Origin: Candidatus Poribacteria bacterium
Lineage (GTDB): Bacteria > Poribacteria > WGA-4E > WGA-3G
NCBI GenBank assembly: GCA_965242965.1
Contig: OZ251518.1
Coordinates: 5,248,001-5,312,000 of the forward strand
Length of the DNA stretch: 64,000 nucleotides
Direction of reading: 5' to 3'
Shown: positions 61,049 through 64,000 of the stretch, piece after piece
How the letters are laid out: the number at the start of each line of letters is the position of its first letter
Position numbering within the stretch: position 1 is the first letter of the stretch
Notes under the pieces: model-generated
Told to the model about the DNA's origin: nothing
The model's database searches: none
Seen by the model: the letters and a program-made list of their open reading frames with translations, nothing else
Program-made: the position numbers and the translations under genes

Positions 61049-61770
61049 GAGGGTATTTCATATTTCGATGCGTTTGTTAGGAGAGACCTCGGGGCTCGAT
61101 GTTCCCGTAGCGCGGGGGCCTGTCCCCCGCGATCGCTCAAGAACCGCTTTTTCATCGTAGCGCGGGGCCCTCGGATGCCATACGCGCATCCGAGCGGGTT
61201 TCCCCCGCGTTGTCCATCGTCCCGATGTGTTTTTCCTCATCTGTAGTTTGTGATCGCCTGATCACAAACGGGTCAGGATCAGGCGATCCTGACCTACAGA
61301 GGTGATACCTACAGAGGTGATGGGTATCGTCCCGATGTGTGTTTAGGTCTTTTAGGACCTACATGTCTATAGCAGCACGTGTCGTTCTGTTTTCAAGGTC
61401 CATTAGGACCTTAATAAAACACGCGCGGCCCTGGCAAAACCTATTAAGGACCTAAAGGACCTTAGCGTTCTTCGCGTCGCCGAGGGCTATAGACATTAAG
61501 GACCTAAAGGACCTTAAAGACGGTTTTTCCGGCGCGCCGACGCTGGGCGAGGGACAGGCCCTCGCCCTACGATGAAGGGGGGGCGTTTTTTTTACCGTAG
61601 CGCGGGGGCCTGTCCCCCGCGATCGTTGGATCGCGCGGACGATGGCGAGGGACAGGCCCTCGCCCTACGATGAAGGGGGGGCTTTCTGACTCCCTATTGC
61701 ATCGAGACCAGGAGGTCTCTCCTACAGGGACATCGCTTGCATCGAGACCGGGAGGTCTCTCCTACCCTCA
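61049..61770. repeat. REP mosaic with left-hand TIR
   Basis: GAGGGTATTTCAT followed by REP modules. Confidence 0.85.
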
Positions 61771-61832
61771 AGCGGCTGCGAAAGGCGAAAACTGAAGGCA
61801 CGCTAGTCATTGAACAATAGGAGACACTAAAA

Positions 61833-62729
61833 ATGAAAAGCCTACACACCCCCTTCTTGGGCACACTCTCGCTTTTTCTGATCTGTCTGCTCAGCGGGTT
61901 CTGGGGATGCGGCGACACTGAAGAGGCGATGGAAACGGAAGCGGGGGCACCCTTCAACCTGCTGTCACCGCGCACCGAGCGTATGGAAACGGAAGCGGTG
62001 GCACCCTTCAACCTGCTGTCACCGCTCATCGAGCAGGACGAGATAGCCTCCGACGGAAGAGAGCTCTCGATGCCGCCAGCGGAAGAAATTGCCGCTGCGG
62101 AATTACGCGCGAAACACTTCAGGGAAGAACTCAGCACCGGAAAAAGGCAGATTCCGCTAGAATGGTGGACAACCGAAGACCTGGTATTACGCGTTGAATA
62201 CTACCGCGCACAACTCATCAAACAGTTTGGCGATATTCCGCAGGTTCACACCGTCGCAGACCACGAACTCAAAGTGGCGATGGGGATTCCTTGGGTGCCA
62301 CGTGAGGTATTCATCGCTTTTTTGGAAGCGCAATATCATCTCTGGCCGCATCCCACAACGCTGCAAGCACTTGAGAACGCTCGCAATCCACCAAAGCCAC
62401 CGGATATGAAGAAACTCCGCACGGAAGACCCGGGGTTATGGGATAAGTTAAACCGCGAACATCTCATCAATCGACATGGCGATATCCCAGACGTTCACCT
62501 CGTTGCGGATTTTCAAATGACGATCACGCTGGAACAAGCGTTCACAGATGATGAATACCTCGCCTATTTGGAAGCACTCTCTCGTCTCCATCCGGCGGAT
62601 GACATCCCGCGGCTGATGGTGGAAAGATACCGAAAGGCGAAAGCAGACGGCATTCCCTTCGGTGATGTTGACGTAGACGATATTCTCGCAAAAATCGACG
62701 GTGAAGAACCTGAGGCGGAGGACGAGTAA
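61833..62729 (+). CDS. Hypothetical lipoprotein with internal repeats
   Basis: Lipobox-like FWGC; METEA.APFNLLSP twice; GDIP.VH.VAD...LEA twice. Confidence 0.72.
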   Translation: MKSLHTPFLGTLSLFLICLLSGFWGCGDTEEAMETEAGAPFNLLSPRTERMETEAVAPFNLLSPLIEQDEIASDGRELSMPPAEEIAAAELRAKHFREELSTGKRQIPLEWWTTEDLVLRVEYYRAQLIKQFGDIPQVHTVADHELKVAMGIPWVPREVFIAFLEAQYHLWPHPTTLQALENARNPPKPPDMKKLRTEDPGLWDKLNREHLINRHGDIPDVHLVADFQMTITLEQAFTDDEYLAYLEALSRLHPADDIPRLMVERYRKAKADGIPFGDVDVDDILAKIDGEEPEAEDE

Positions 62730-62774
62730 ACTCCGGAAATTAATGTCCGAATTCCTGACCTGGCGCACGAACGA

Positions 62775-63561
62775 TGGCGAGGGACAGGCCCTCGCCCTAC
62801 GTGAAGGGAAGCGTTTTTTTATCGTAGCGCGGGGGCCTGTCCCCCGCGCGCGTTGGAGTGCGCGAACGATGGCGGGTGAAACCCTCTCGGATGCGCGTAT
62901 GGCATCCGAGGGCCCTCGCCCTACGTGGAGGGGCGGCGTTTTTTTATCGTAGCGCGGGGGCCTGTCCCCCGCGATCTCCATCGTCACGATGTGTTTTCCT
63001 CATCTGTAGTTTGTGATCGCCTGATCACAAACGGGTCAGGATCAGGCGATCCTGACCTACAGAGGTGATGGGCATCGTCCCAATGTGTGTTTAGGTCCGT
63101 TAGGACCTACATGTCTATAGCAGCACGTGTCGTTACGTTGTCAAGGTCCGTTAGGTCCTTAATAAAACCACGCGCGGCCCTGGCAAAACCTATTAAGGAC
63201 CTAAAGGACCTTAGGGTTCTTTTCAGGCGCGCGTGCTATAGACATTAAGGTCCTACGGACCTAAGAACCGTTTTTTATCGTAGCGCGGGGGCCTGTCCCC
63301 CGCGTTGTCTATCGTCCCGATGTGTTCTTCCTTATCTGTAGTTTGTGATCGCCTGATCACAAACAGGTCAGGATCAGGCGATCCTGACCTACAGGGCCTG
63401 GTGCACGAACGATGGCGAGGGACAGGCCCTCGCCCTACGATAAAGGGGGCTTTCTGCCGTCCTATTGCATCGAGACCAGGAGGTCTCTCCTACCGGGGAA
63501 AACGGAATCGTTCGGGGTGTCACGAAACCATTTTGACAACAACGGGTCATGAAACACCCTC
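62775..63561. repeat. REP mosaic with right-hand TIR
   Basis: REP modules; ATGAAACACCCTC ends at 63561. Confidence 0.85.
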
Positions 63562-63615
63562 ACTTCATCATATTGAAAATCCCACTTGAAAAAAACGGGA
63601 GGCTATGAATGACAA

Positions 63616-64000
63616 TCAGGAAACCGAACGCGCCTTCCGCTTCGCATCCAACAATCGTCCCATTGCGGAGGAAGAGCCCGCCGCCATCGGTTCATCTACT
63701 GCCACTGGACGCGCCGAGGCAGTATGTGTTGCAGGAGCAGGGACACCCGCCGCTTTTTTCTCCCTCAATCGCGTTAACGTTTCTGGCACATGTTTCTCGG
63801 CGGGACCGCGTAACCGCGCCCATAATTCCGCGAAGTAACCGCTGGCAATGCTGAATCGGCGGAGAATCATCTCTGCGACGAAGAGGATAACCGCGACGAC
63901 TAACAATGCCTGTGCTAACGAGACGCGGGTTTCAACAGGTTCACCGGAACGTTGTGCGATTTGTGAGGCTGAAGGTTCGTAATGCCCAAGCCTTTGCAGT
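63616..64000 (-). CDS. C-terminus of a membrane-anchored protein (partial)
   Basis: TM helix LLVVAVILFVAEMILRR; tail MGRLLDAKRKAR; frame appears open to the window edge. Confidence 0.65.
   Translation of the reverse strand, partial: LQRLGHYEPSASQIAQRSGEPVETRVSLAQALLVVAVILFVAEMILRRFSIASGYFAELWARLRGPAEKHVPETLTRLREKKAAGVPAPATHTASARPVAVDEPMAAGSSSAMGRLLDAKRKARSVS

Noticed and set aside
787-63589. Many short ORFs with MARDRPSPY, RSAGACPPR or IKDLKDL motifs
   Set aside because: These are translations of REP modules in several frames, with no sign of being genes.
1-64000. tRNA, rRNA or prophage genes
   Set aside because: None recognised by eye; tRNAscan and Rfam were not run.

Overview
Bacterial window, probably from Candidatus Poribacteria. 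This is an inference from the cohesin, dockerin and 'PNYPNPFNPETWIPY' C-terminal domains, the 'GKL.TTW' tails, PhyH and PorV-like genes. The backbone is housekeeping. It includes a minus-strand run lnt-prfB-lysS-GNAT-lolC/E-lolD-ilvE-bamA-skp-lpxD-ubiA-trmH, plus rqcH, glyA-folC, hppA (frameshifted), ilvD, rfbB and sugar or redox enzymes. Four accessory signals stand out. (1) A diversity-generating retroelement target cassette: a cohesin-dockerin-FGE/CLec protein with a C-terminal VR, a downstream hairpin and avd. It sits in a three-gene cohesin cluster, and I found no template repeat (TR) or reverse transcriptase (RT) in the window. (2) About 20 intergenic mosaics of GTAG-REP hairpins, many enclosed by a shared 13-bp terminal inverted repeat and often flanked by 8-9-bp target duplications, so they look like MITE shells carrying REP cargo. 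(3) An intact TnpB, and 19 kb away an ORF-less IS200/IS605 element with its own promoter and an omega-RNA-like scaffold. (4) A type III-like Mod/Res pair split by a toxin-antitoxin module. All calls were made by eye and no database searches were run.
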